This document shows positions 51,276 to 61,794 of a stretch of 64,000 nucleotides of DNA, in pieces. The position numbers and the translations under genes are program-made. Under the pieces are notes generated by a model that ran no database searches, was not told the origin of the DNA, and saw nothing but the letters and a program-made list of their open reading frames with translations. The DNA is from Blepharisma stoltei ATCC 30299 (taxonomy: Eukaryota; Protista; Ciliophora), in assembly GCA_965603825.1 (NCBI GenBank), contig CBFDEM010000005.1:496001-560000 (forward strand), written 5' to 3'. The stretch's first letter is position 1; every line of letters begins with the position of its first letter.

Positions 51276-52406
51276 TTAGTTTTTCGACAAAATTCTAAAA
51301 AAATACTCACTTTCCATCAGCCCATCTTCTGGTAAATCTGTGCAGTGAACAGCATTTTGGATTCTATCAATTCCAAATATTGCTCTTATAGACCGTGGTT
51401 TAGAACTTCTTGCTACATCAGGATCCAAAGGTCCACAAATTTCCCTAAAGCTTTCCACCGGATTTTCTTGCCTTATTTCCATAGCTATACAAGGTCCTGA
51501 TGTAAAATGCTCAACTATCCCACTAAATTCAGGTAAAACACCTTTATAAACATCTAGAAATTCTTCAGCGTTTGGCTTATCCAAATTAAACATTTGCAGT
51601 GCAGAAATTTCAAACCCTTCGCTAATAATCATATCAATAATTCTTCCTGCATTAGTCAATGCATGAGGCTTAATTACACAGCATGTGCAATTGCTATAAG
51701 TAGCTGTATTGCCAGGTAAGCTAAAGAAATAGTCAATTTCTCTGGCAGCTCTGTCAGCTGACTCGCTGCCATGGACAGCGTTTCTTGCGCCATCAGAGCC
51801 ATAAGCTGCTCTTATACTTTGAGGAGCATCCACTCTTGCAGTGTGCGAATTTGCTGGGCCTATAATATCTTTTCACTTTGAAATAGCGTTTCCTGCAATC
51901 AGCTCCATCCCAACTGAGATATCACTGCTAATAAAATTGACTAAATCTTGAAAAAACTGTTTTCCATCGTGCTCTGAATAAAGCTGCCTTGCTTGGTTTA
52001 CAGTAAATCGATGCATCTTGATATTAGTGATCTTAAAACCTTCTTGTATAATCCTGTCAATGATTTTCCCAATATGATTGTAACAGTCCGGCTTTATCAT
52101 TGCAAATGTCCGCTCTCTCTGGTTTTCAAAGTGGCTTTTCGTGAAATTGTCACCATATTCTACCACTTTAAGCTGCCTTGAGTATATAGAAATTGCTGCT
52201 CCTAAATAGAGATCTTCGAGAGTGAGATTGGGATATTGAGATCTTTTGAGGAAAATCCTTCGGTTCTTTAAATCATACTAAGTAAAGTATACCATTTCAA
52301 TGGTCTGATCTATTGGGTATCAAAATAGCTGATACTTCCTTACAAGTGCTGCTGCTTGATCGAACCAGTCCACAACAAAAGCATACCTTTCTTCATTTAA
52401 AGCCAT
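51276..52406 (-). CDS. NME7: Nucleoside diphosphate kinase 7 (DM10 domain plus two NDK domains)
   Basis: MALNEERYAFVVDWFD..EM|YDLKNRRIFLKR (DM10), ERTFAMIKPD, RNAVHGS, TCCVIKPH, NAVHCTDLPEDG; intron 52278-52292. Confidence 0.95.
52278..52292 (-). other. 15-nt intron GTATACTTTACTTAG
   Basis: Removal gives IEM-YDLK as in the DM10 domain; contains an in-frame TAG. Confidence 0.92.
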
Positions 52407-53345
52407 TTAATGATTAAACTTAACTAATATCATAGTCATGTTATCGCAGCCCAAGCCGCCAGTGTTTTCAACATCTGGCGCAAGACATCTGTCAATGACC
52501 TTTTCAACTACATCTCCTAAGTCCATACCTTCTGCAATATTTTTATAACAAATCTCAACACACTGTTGGCAAGTTAAAATATCCCAAATCCCATCACATG
52601 CCAACACAATGAAATCACACTCAGGTGTAAGCTCTTCGACTTTAATATCAGGAAAAGCTGTTACCATCTGCTCTTCAGGAGCCAGTTCTGCATTTTTTTT
52701 ATACTCTAAATCCCCAATCGCTCTGCTTAAATTTATATTTCCCATAACTCTTCCATCTTCTACATTGCCCCCTGCCCTTGTAATCCTATCTTTTTCGATC
52801 TGGTTGTCAGGCTTATGATCTTGTGACATTTCAATAGCCCTTCCTGCTTTAGCTAATACACATCTGGAATCTCCTACGTTCGCAACATATAACTTGTTGC
52901 CCTTAATTAAAGCTACCACTGATGTGCAGCCTGCTAGTGAGTCTGCGTCATCAACGACAACTTGATAGTCTTCAGGAAGGTCGCGTTGCAGTCTTACTAA
53001 TTCACGCTGGCCTTCTTTAGTAGTTAGAAGTTGGTCCATTTTGAGGTAAGTTTCTTGTAAAGCGACTTCAAAACGATTTGTTTGATAATTACGATTTGCT
53101 AAAAGCTCTTGGCGGAAATGACGCTCTACAAATTTGGCAACTTCTTTACCTCCATGCCCATCAAAAACGCCAAAAAGCATTGCATCTGGGCCCAGATTAA
53201 CTTCTGTAATTTGTGCATCTTCCATGCTTATTCTCCATCCTTGCATTTCTGATGCAGCAAAACTGTATTAAAGTTACCTGACTCGCTCATTTTGACCTTT
53301 AATTGTATGTTTGTCAGTTTTTGGTGAAGGAAGGTATGCACCCAT
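52407..53345 (-). CDS. PP2C/PPM protein phosphatase, N-myristoylated type
   Basis: MGAYLPSPKTDK, MQGWRISMEDA, FDGHGG, ANVGDSR, LSRAIGD, ACDGIWD, GCDNMT; intron 53263-53277. Confidence 0.96.
53263..53277 (-). other. 15-nt intron GTAACTTTAATACAG
   Basis: Links the MGAYL exon to the MQGWR exon; contains an in-frame TAA. Confidence 0.9.
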
Positions 53346-53586
53346 ATTTTATCGAAAATCATGAGGATTATAATCTTTTCTTCTACTTTTTGCTCTGAGG
53401 TTTTGCTGTAAAATAATCGCAGAAAACAATTTATATTTTATTGCATTTGAGTGCTATAATAAAATTCATATATAAAATAACTTGCTCCACTTTATTTATA
53501 TATAATTAATGATTATGATGGTAAGAATAATCTTAATAAACTTAGTTTTGTAATATCCCGGTCAGAAAATTAATGAAATAATAAAA

Positions 53587-54603
53587 ATGATATCGCCAGA
53601 TATGGTCCAGGAAATTTTCCAAAAGCTCAGAGAAGATCCAAATAATTCGAAATGCTTTGAGTGCGGAGATTCTGACACTAGATTCTGTTCTGTTAACCAT
53701 GGAATTTTTATATGTGAGAAATGCAAGGTTCTTCACCAGTCATTGCTTTCCAACCTAAGTTATGCTAAGCAAGTTTCAAGTAATTATTGGACTCTTGAAG
53801 AGCTAAAATACATCATAGCAGGTGGAAATTCAGCTTTTGAAGAGTTTCTATTATTTTATGGTCTTAAAGATACCAAAATGGCATATAAATACTGCACTTA
53901 TGCAGCTGAATTTTATAGAAAAATGCTTAAAGGTATAGCTGAAAATGGAGCCTTTAGAGGATATTTACCAAATTTTGAAGAGAGTAAAGTAAAATCTATC
54001 AACATAAAGGCAAAGTCTGCAGATGCGCAACTAAGTAAATATGATGAAAGACGGCTCGAGAGTGTTCAAGTAGCTTTGGACGAAAAATTTGAATCAAAAC
54101 CTTGTGCTAGTGAGTCTAATGTTCAGTACTTACCCGGGATGCAAGTTATTAGGAGAAGAAGATTTAGTATAATCGGTTGGCTAAAAATGGTCTATTGCAA
54201 TGTTGTTAAATTTGGAAACCAAGTTGCTGATAAAACCTATAAAATTTCACAAACACCTACAATGAAAAAAATTGACGATCAATTTGTTATTGCATTTAAT
54301 ACAGCTGAAAAATTTGCCAGCAGAATCTATGATGCTACCCAGAAAATATATTATGAGTATAATAAAAAGCTAAAACTTGTTGATTCTCATGAAATTTCAT
54401 ATAGAAAAGTTTTTGCTGACGAATTTCATAGAGCTGATACAATCAATACTGATGAGAATGTAAGAAATCTTAAAAAAGAATTATGGAGCTTGATAGAACA
54501 ATTGGATAAGGCAGAAGCCTCGGATGCAGGAATTATTTTAAGACCTGATGAGGTCGAAACTAGTCAATTTCATGAAGAAGAAACTTATTTTGTCGAACAT
54601 TAA
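53587..54603 (+). CDS. ArfGAP-domain protein
   Basis: DPNNSKCFEC..SVNHGIFICEKC zinc finger, then W..EEL...GGN..F..F and KY....A..YR. Confidence 0.85.
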   Translation: MISPDMVQEIFQKLREDPNNSKCFECGDSDTRFCSVNHGIFICEKCKVLHQSLLSNLSYAKQVSSNYWTLEELKYIIAGGNSAFEEFLLFYGLKDTKMAYKYCTYAAEFYRKMLKGIAENGAFRGYLPNFEESKVKSINIKAKSADAQLSKYDERRLESVQVALDEKFESKPCASESNVQYLPGMQVIRRRRFSIIGWLKMVYCNVVKFGNQVADKTYKISQTPTMKKIDDQFVIAFNTAEKFASRIYDATQKIYYEYNKKLKLVDSHEISYRKVFADEFHRADTINTDENVRNLKKELWSLIEQLDKAEASDAGIILRPDEVETSQFHEEETYFVEH

Positions 54604-54732
54604 TTAATTTTTTACTTAAAATTTATATATGCTTTGAGAAGCTTCTAAAAAATCATTGAACACTAAAAAAAGTATAGCTCCAGAGTCAAAAAAATTACTC
54701 TCTGAATTATTTCTGAATATCAATGAAATTTG

Positions 54733-55629
54733 TTATTTAAGTAAATTATGTAGACCCAACTTTGCTTGCATATCTTTGAAATCTTGAGGAAGTTCAGCCT
54801 CTAATTTTTTTCCTTTTATTTTTAGTCCCCATGAATGAAGATATATTCGATCTTCCTTATTAAACTCAGAACAATCAAACCCATACTTATAGTCTCCAAC
54901 TAAAGGACATTTCAAAACTTTTGAAGCATGCACTCTTATTTGATGCTTCCTGCCAGTCACAAGTTTAAACTTTAAGCAGGAAAAAGGGCTTCCTAAATAC
55001 TTTGAAGTTGTAAGCATTTCATAAAAAGTCTTCGCAAACTTCCCAACTTCATTGACTTCTTGCCATCCCTCTTCTGATTCTTTTAAGAAAGTACTCAATT
55101 CTCCTTTGTCTTTCAGTGGCTTCCCTTTAACAATTCCAATATATTCTTTTTCTTCCATATCTAATTGGCAAGCTTTAGAACTTTTCCCAAATGCCATAAT
55201 CCCAGATACATTTTGATCCAATCTATGCATTAATCTTGATCCCTCAAAGTAGTTCATAGCCAATTTGTCAGCACTTAGCTTTATTTTTATCCCACCTTGA
55301 GTAGCAATTCCAGCTGGCTTATTTATCACAATGATATCATCGTCTTCATAAATTATCCATTTTTGGAACATATCTTTCATGTCATTATTAGCCACTATTG
55401 GAGAGTCGAAGTTTATATACTTGGGGAAGTAAAATTTGTCATTTATTTGCAATTTGTAAAGATTAGAACTAGTTTTCCCAGATTCATTCATAGCATATAC
55501 TTCACCTGTTCTGAGTAGCTTATTAACTAAAGTCCATGGTAGCTTTGATCTCTTTAACAGAAACTTGTCAAGTCTAAGGCCTGCATCTTTAAATCCCTAT
55601 ATTGATTTTACAATCATTAGACTTTGCAT
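54733..55629 (-). CDS. RluA/RluC-family RNA pseudouridine synthase
   Basis: GLRLDKFL (S4-like), INKPAG, HRLD, TGRKHQIRVH, PLVGDYKYG; 5' intron 55597-55611. Confidence 0.9.
55597..55611 (-). other. 15-nt intron GTAAAATCAATATAG
   Basis: Matches the consensus; removes an in-frame TAG and supplies the ATG for the S4 region. Confidence 0.8.
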
Positions 55630-55634
55630 TTTAT

Positions 55635-56364
55635 TTAATTATTAATACCTTCAAGTGATTTTTTAGAGAAAATCCCTGAAGTTTTGCTGACATTAGAGTG
55701 CTTCAAAACGGTGTCTAATTCTTCGAAAGCTTGTTTCTGAATCAGTTGAGTGTTTTGAAGCCTTTTGATTAGCTCCATTTCAAGCAGTTCCATATCCATT
55801 ACTTCTTTTTCCTTAGTTTTCCGAATGCCGTCTTCAGTATCAATTCTTTTCTGGTAATCATTTTTGAAATCCTCGAACTTTTGGTTCCTTCATTGGTTAA
55901 TACGCTGTGTCGCAGACATCTCACTACCTCTTATGGCAGATTTCCTAGCTTGATTTTCTTCTCTAAAAAAATCCATCATGTCTTTTTTCTTCCTTATATT
56001 TTCCTCTCTTTGTTTTCTTACATTAAAAGCTTCTTCTCTTTTATTTTGTAAAATCGCTTGTTTCAATGTATATGTATTATGTTTTCTTTCCTCTCTTATT
56101 TTATTGTAGTGCGACCTTTGCTCGCTTAGTGCTCTTTCCCTTTGCGTCTTAATTTCAGATTTTTGCCTCACAAACTCCTCTTGCTCTTTTTTCACATTTT
56201 TCAGTTCTTGGGATTTTTTTTCTAGTTTCTTCGATTTTTTTCCATGTCCTGGCTTCTTCTTGCTGCAATAACTTAATTCTATTGGACAGCAGCTGCGCAT
56301 CCTGCTCCATCTGTTTTCTCAGCTTTTTGGCTTCTATTAAATTAGGTGAACGGTTGAGTTCCAT
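55635..56364 (-). CDS. Conserved coiled-coil protein, paralog of 56402-57166, with an apparent 1-nt frameshift in an A8 run
   Basis: LLSNRIKLLQQEE..IEETRK and MELIKRLQNTQ align with the + strand paralog. The frame changes at the T8 run at 56214-56221. Confidence 0.8.
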
Positions 56365-56401
56365 ATACTTCAATTAACGAAAGTTTTGTTATAATTTAAA
56401 G

Positions 56402-57166
56402 ATGGAGTCAAAAGACTCACTTCAAAGCTTCGATAATGATCCTATTGAAGACCACCGAAAGTTTGTAGAAGCCAAAAACATGAGAAAACAGGCTGAAGAG
56501 GATGCAAAGTTGTTATTTAATCGTATAGCCCTTTTAAAACAGGAAGAAGCCAAAGCAATCAGATCTATCGAAGAAACAAGAAAACGGGCTAGAGAAATCA
56601 TGGAAGTCAGAGCTAGGAACTTAGAAAACCAAAAGAAAAAAGAAGAACTAAAGCAAGCCAAAGAAGAGGAAGAAAAAGAAAAAGCCTCTCATTATAGAGC
56701 AGAAAAAGAAAGACTTAAATCTGCAAGATCTATGACAAGAGAAGAAATGCTGGGAAAACTTAAAGCTGAAGTACAGCAAATCAAACAATCCAAACAAGAA
56801 AGCAAAAGCATAAGGGAAAAACAAAGACAAGAAGAGCTTAATCAGAAATCGGATGCAGCAAATCAAATAAAAAGAGAACAAAAAGAAGCAGAAAGAAGGA
56901 AAAAAGAAAAAGAACTGCAGAGAAAAGAAAAAGCAAGAATTGAACTGCAGAGAAAAATTGAAGAGGAAAATAAAATTAGGGCAGAAAAAGAAGCGGAAAT
57001 TGCTAGGATGGAGCAAGAAGAGCTGGAACTTATTCAGAGACTGCAGAATTCGCAGATTTTGCAGAAGTCAGTGTATGACCAATTAGAACAGGCACTGTCC
57101 GGGAATCCTGATTCAGTAGCTTTTCTTACTGCGCCGAGTTTGCCTGAAACTAATGCTATAAAATAA
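56402..57166 (+). CDS. Conserved coiled-coil protein (possibly ciliary)
   Basis: 254-aa E/K/R-rich ORF; LLFNRIALLKQEE..IEETRKR and ELIQRLQNSQ. Confidence 0.85.
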   Translation: MESKDSLQSFDNDPIEDHRKFVEAKNMRKQAEEDAKLLFNRIALLKQEEAKAIRSIEETRKRAREIMEVRARNLENQKKKEELKQAKEEEEKEKASHYRAEKERLKSARSMTREEMLGKLKAEVQQIKQSKQESKSIREKQRQEELNQKSDAANQIKREQKEAERRKKEKELQRKEKARIELQRKIEEENKIRAEKEAEIARMEQEELELIQRLQNSQILQKSVYDQLEQALSGNPDSVAFLTAPSLPETNAIK

Positions 57167-57414
57167 GATAAGTTTTAAAAATATAATAGAGAATTATTAT
57201 CAAAAATATTTAATAAGTTAAATTGTTGAGAGTATATGAGAAAAATATATAATCATCAAAGTGAAGCGAAAAGATAGTTAAGGTCATGAAATTATTGACT
57301 TTTATTAAATAGGGAACCAAAATAACAATCAATTCTTGAAAACGTATTCTAAGCATTTCACCATATTAAACTTTTTATAACTAATTAGAAAATTTCTAAA
57401 TTGATAACCTTATC

Positions 57415-58017
57415 TTAATTTTCTCCAAAGAACTTGTCAGCGAGTTTTCTATAAGTCGGTTTGAGATGCTCTGGCTCATACTTACTACAATACATAATTG
57501 CAGCCATGGAGGCTGAGAACATGAATGTATGTGCTGCAGGAATTGGGACGACAAGTCCTCTTCTCTTAAAGAACTTCCACAAAGCGTCCAAGAACCTTGG
57601 CATAACGTAAAGTGCTAGCTCACTTACTCTTGCTGGTGATTCAATAAATGTAGCAGTCACACACAATGAAGCTACGAGCACCAGAAGCTTCATGCTAATT
57701 ATTGGGATGTACTTAAGATAAACACAAATAGTAACCTTGCTAATAAAAACCATCATGGTTAGTAGGAGAGTTGATCTCAGACATTGCTTTCCTGCACCTC
57801 GAACGACAGAGACTGGCTTGCTGAGGAGCGATTTGTATCGTATAAGGACCGGGATGAAGTGGAGAGGGAAATAAAACTTCATAGCAAATTTGAAAGCTTT
57901 TATGAAAACTTTTATCCAGTGGACAAGGCATGGGCCATCATGAATGTAATCGCATGTGAAAGGATGTGTCCCTGCCGCTGCTTGAATAACCTGCTCAGGA
58001 GTGAAAACCCTTACCAT
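57415..58017 (-). CDS. TMEM135-like membrane protein
   Basis: C..IH..PC motif, Y.PLH..P, IE...R..ELALY..PR and F....A.IMY patterns. Confidence 0.75.
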   Translation of the reverse strand: MVRVFTPEQVIQAAAGTHPFTCDYIHDGPCLVHWIKVFIKAFKFAMKFYFPLHFIPVLIRYKSLLSKPVSVVRGAGKQCLRSTLLLTMMVFISKVTICVYLKYIPIISMKLLVLVASLCVTATFIESPARVSELALYVMPRFLDALWKFFKRRGLVVPIPAAHTFMFSASMAAIMYCSKYEPEHLKPTYRKLADKFFGEN

Positions 58018-58272
58018 CAAATAAATGGAAATTTGATCCCATGGTGATGTAATAGGAACTATTCAGTTGTAAAAAGTAATGATTCGCAATTAAAGTGTTA
58101 TATAAGAAAGCTTAACCGGAAACTATAAATTATAGCACTCCTCAGCTCAATTAATTAAAATTTCTAAAAGATTCGTTTTATGGATTTTAGAAGTTATTCT
58201 CTAAAATATAGCGATTTATAAATAATTCATAAATCAATAACAAATAAAAACTATGTGAATTATATTTTAAAT

Positions 58273-59490
58273 ATGAGAGTAATCCTACCCGAAATTTTTT
58301 GGCATGGCAATCGAGAGAGAATTATGTCTTTGGACTTCCAAAGTTCTTCAACCCCTCAGTTAGCAACTTGTGGAGCTGACTTAGTTTTAGGCATCTACAT
58401 TCGTATCTGGCAAATAAATCTCTTTAACAATGAACTGATTCCACAGCATATTGATGATTTGGCGGGAACACATGAGCGATGTGTAAACGTCGTTAAATTT
58501 TCCCCTGATGGAAAATTATTAGCTTCAGGCAGTGATGATGGCTGTGTCGTTATCTGGGAAAAGAAATTAAAACCAGTCTTTGGAGAAGACCGTGAAGAAA
58601 TTGGCTGGGGGTCCAAAAGAGTTTTACGTGGACACGTAGGAGAAATCCATGATTTATGCTGGAGTGAGACAGGGAAGTATATTGCTACAGCAAGTATGGA
58701 CGGATCTGCTATAATTTTTGATGTAGAAAGAGCTAAAGTTATACAGAGATTAGAAGGACACAAGCATGTGCAAGGGATTTCTTGGCATAGCGGGTATTTG
58801 GCTACTATGTCAACAGATAGGACTTTAAGAATTTTTAAGCAATCAAAGAAGGGTTTTTATATCAAACACTCAGTCAGAGATTATGAGAAAAACAAGCTCT
58901 TCCAAGAACAAGGCCAAGCTTCAGCATTTTTTAGAAGGCTTGCATTCAGTCCTTGTGGGAGCTTATTAATTGCCCCAGCTGGGCTCTCAGGAGACATTCC
59001 TGTTGCTCACTGCTTCTTTAAAAAGCAATTTACTGTTCCAAGTATAACATTCCCAATAAATATAACAAACCAAGAAAAAGCAAGTGCAGTTTGTGTCAAA
59101 TTTTGTCCTTTCTTTTATAAAGCAAATGATACACAGCTGATTGCAGGTCTTGAGCATAAACTTGTGTGGGCAGTTGCTACAAAAGACTCAGTTTTGATAT
59201 ATGATAGTGAGCATGCAACTCCAATAGGAGCAATTACAAATGCCCATTATGCTCCGTTAACAGACCTAGCTTGGTTTGGCGATAAACTATTAGCAGTAAG
59301 CAGCATTGATGGGTACGTTTCCTTTGTAGTCTTCGAAGAAGGAGAGCTTGGTATCAGAATTACTGCAGAAGTTAAAGAAGAAAAAAGCCAAGATATGGAA
59401 ATTGAAGAAGAAGTTGAAGTTAAAGACGACAGCTCCAAAAAAGACACTGGAAAACGAAGAATCTGCCCAGTCGCTGTTGTAGGTAATTAA
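58273..59490 (+). CDS. CHAF1B: Chromatin assembly factor 1 subunit B (p60/Cac2), WD40
   Basis: MRVILPEIFWH, VNVVKFSPDG.LLASGSDDG, VQGISW, FFRRLAFSP.G, HYAPLTDLAW; C-terminal KRRICP resembles the B-domain. Confidence 0.88.
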   Translation: MRVILPEIFWHGNRERIMSLDFQSSSTPQLATCGADLVLGIYIRIWQINLFNNELIPQHIDDLAGTHERCVNVVKFSPDGKLLASGSDDGCVVIWEKKLKPVFGEDREEIGWGSKRVLRGHVGEIHDLCWSETGKYIATASMDGSAIIFDVERAKVIQRLEGHKHVQGISWHSGYLATMSTDRTLRIFKQSKKGFYIKHSVRDYEKNKLFQEQGQASAFFRRLAFSPCGSLLIAPAGLSGDIPVAHCFFKKQFTVPSITFPINITNQEKASAVCVKFCPFFYKANDTQLIAGLEHKLVWAVATKDSVLIYDSEHATPIGAITNAHYAPLTDLAWFGDKLLAVSSIDGYVSFVVFEEGELGIRITAEVKEEKSQDMEIEEEVEVKDDSSKKDTGKRRICPVAVVGN

Positions 59491-59518
59491 TTGCTTAAAT
59501 AAATTATTATAATTTGAA

Positions 59519-60061
59519 ATGATCCCAAGACACATGATTTTCAAAAATCCTGCACTAAGAAGTTTCTTGGTGCAAAGGATTTATAGAACTATACTCAAAG
59601 AGCACAAAGTCTTTTTTGACCAGGTAGTTGTAAATCACTTTAAAAGTTCCATCATCCCCAAATTCAAAGAGTAAAATTCAAGTAGAATGAAGCACAACTA
59701 TCAGTATCGTAGAATCAGCCATTTCATTCAAACCACTCAAGAATTAGCTGAAAACTTGATAATTTCTAATAAAAAATCAGATGAGTTTAAAAGGGATATA
59801 AAGAAGTTGCTGGAAGTAGGGTACGGCAAATCCAATCTGTTTCCTGGCTCCAAAGAAAAAATAGACATGATAAAACTAGGGCGCTTAGAGCCATTTATCC
59901 TCTCAGAAGAACAAAAAACTTATATCTCTGAGCAATGCGTGAAAAACCCTTCCATGAGTATTTATTATAAAATTGCGCTTAGCTATCCTGCAAGACTCAC
60001 AAAAGAAGAAGGAATAGCTTTAAAATCACCTGAAGAGTCTAAATTACAAATAATAGATTAA
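59519..60061 (+). CDS. LYR-motif-like (probably mitochondrial) protein
   Basis: ATG at 59519; VQRIYRTILK...F..........I...F resembles the LYR pattern; intron 59671-59685 joins it to ORF 59687. Confidence 0.55.
59671..59685 (+). other. 15-nt intron GTAAAATTCAAGTAG
   Basis: Matches the consensus; removes an in-frame TAA. Confidence 0.82.
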
Positions 60062-60072
60062 AAGTTTAATCA

Positions 60073-61278
60073 TTAATATTGGTCATCTACAACCCATTTA
60101 ACTCTTTTCCCTTCGTTCCACTCTCCTTCTCTTTTATTTCCTTGTGAAGTGTAGTATGCACCTCTTCCATGCTGCTTTCCATTTAACCATTTTCCTTGAT
60201 ATTTTCTTCCATCAGGCCAAGTAAAAACTCCGTAACCTTGCTTTTTGTCTTCAACATATTCGCCTTCGTAGCGTCGGCCATCCGACCATTCGAAGATTCC
60301 TTTACCATCCATCTTGTTGTTTTTCCAGTCTCCGAAATAGACTCGATTGTCGCCTCACGTGTATTTTCCTGTGCCATGAATGTTGTTGTCTTGGAATTCT
60401 CCGTCGTAGGTGCTTCCATCAGCCCAAAAGAAAGTTCCTCGGCCATGCTTTTTACCGTTGATGTAGTCTCCTACATATCTAGCTCCATCAGGCCAAGTTT
60501 CAGTTCCTTTTCCATGTTGCTTGTCATCTTGTCATTGGCCTTCATATTTTGCTCCATCAGTGTGCATGTAAATTCCGAAACCATGAGCTTTGTCGTCTTT
60601 CCAATCCCCTTCATATACGTCTCCATCGCCATGGGTAAGTCTTCCTTTCCCATTAGCTTTATCCAGCATCCAATAGCCTTCATATTTCGACCCATCTGGC
60701 CAGATCTGAACTCCATATCCATGGCGTTGTTTGTCGTTATTTCACTCTCCTGTATAGATAGCTCCATTTTCAATTTCTACTGGACCGTATTTGGTTTTGC
60801 TAGTCGAGTCAATAGGAGGTGGAGGCGGTTTGAAGCTTCCAAGCTTGTTTTGAGCAGCCCTTGTTTCATTATTTGAATAATCCGGAATGCTAGTTTCAGG
60901 AATTATCTTGATTTCAGTGCGGACAACTGGAGTATTCTGAAAATCGTTCTTCGTAGGTGTTATTAAAGGTGGAGCCTGTGATTCAGTGGCTGTTTTAGGG
61001 TTTCGTCGTGCCATTCCAACTGTATCACCTTTCAAGGTTATATAGATTTCATTCGATTTCTTGCGAGTGTAGTATCCTCGAATGATGCTTTGCAATTTGA
61101 TTAGATCTCCAATATCTATCTTATTTGGCAAATCTCTGCCCTTGTTCTCTTCACTTGTTCTAAACACCTCACGATCAGAGTTTGAAAAAAATTTGTCGAC
61201 ATCGATTGATGAGTCGGCCATACGGAACTGATTTTCTTCAGAGACTTCTCCTTTAAGACATGAGCATTTTGCACCCAT
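60073..61278 (-). CDS. MORN-repeat protein with IQ motif and N-terminal acylation signal
   Basis: MGAKCSC; [14 protein letters not shown] (IQ); about nine YxGxW..G.G MORN repeats; three TGA codons at Trp positions. Confidence 0.93.
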
Positions 61279-61794
61279 TTATCTATGAAAAAATATTTTA
61301 TTAATTATATAATTATGCAACTTATAACGATTTTATGATCATTAGCAGCAAGACTTTTGTTTGCGATATGGTAGCTGAAAGACATATGAATTGAAAATTA
61401 AAAAATAAGATGAATATTTAATTTATTATCTAGTTAAGCCAACTAGAAAGATTTATAAACCAAGAATTACCACATTAGTGATCTATAAGGCCTTATTAAA
61501 TTATAAAAGGATTCTGTCATTGTTAGATAAAACTATTTAATTTATTCGAAAGAAGTTTATTAGCTGAATATCTAAATTTATTGAAACAATAAGCCAGATA
61601 TCAGTTAATTAAAATATTTTTCAAATTAAAAATCTAAGAGAGGCTATTATATTTAAGTCTTTACTTATAATTATAAGATGAGATTGCTCTTGTGAACAGT
61701 ATAAACTAAAGCTGCTATAAGAGAATATACATTACGAAAATTTTATTAGAATGACTGTTAAATTTTATGAAATAAATATGAAATTAAATTCAAA

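Noticed and set aside
60183-60876. Overlapping 226-aa antisense ORF and alternate-frame ORFs in the MORN gene
   Set aside because: Expected by-products of repeat codon bias, with no motifs of their own.
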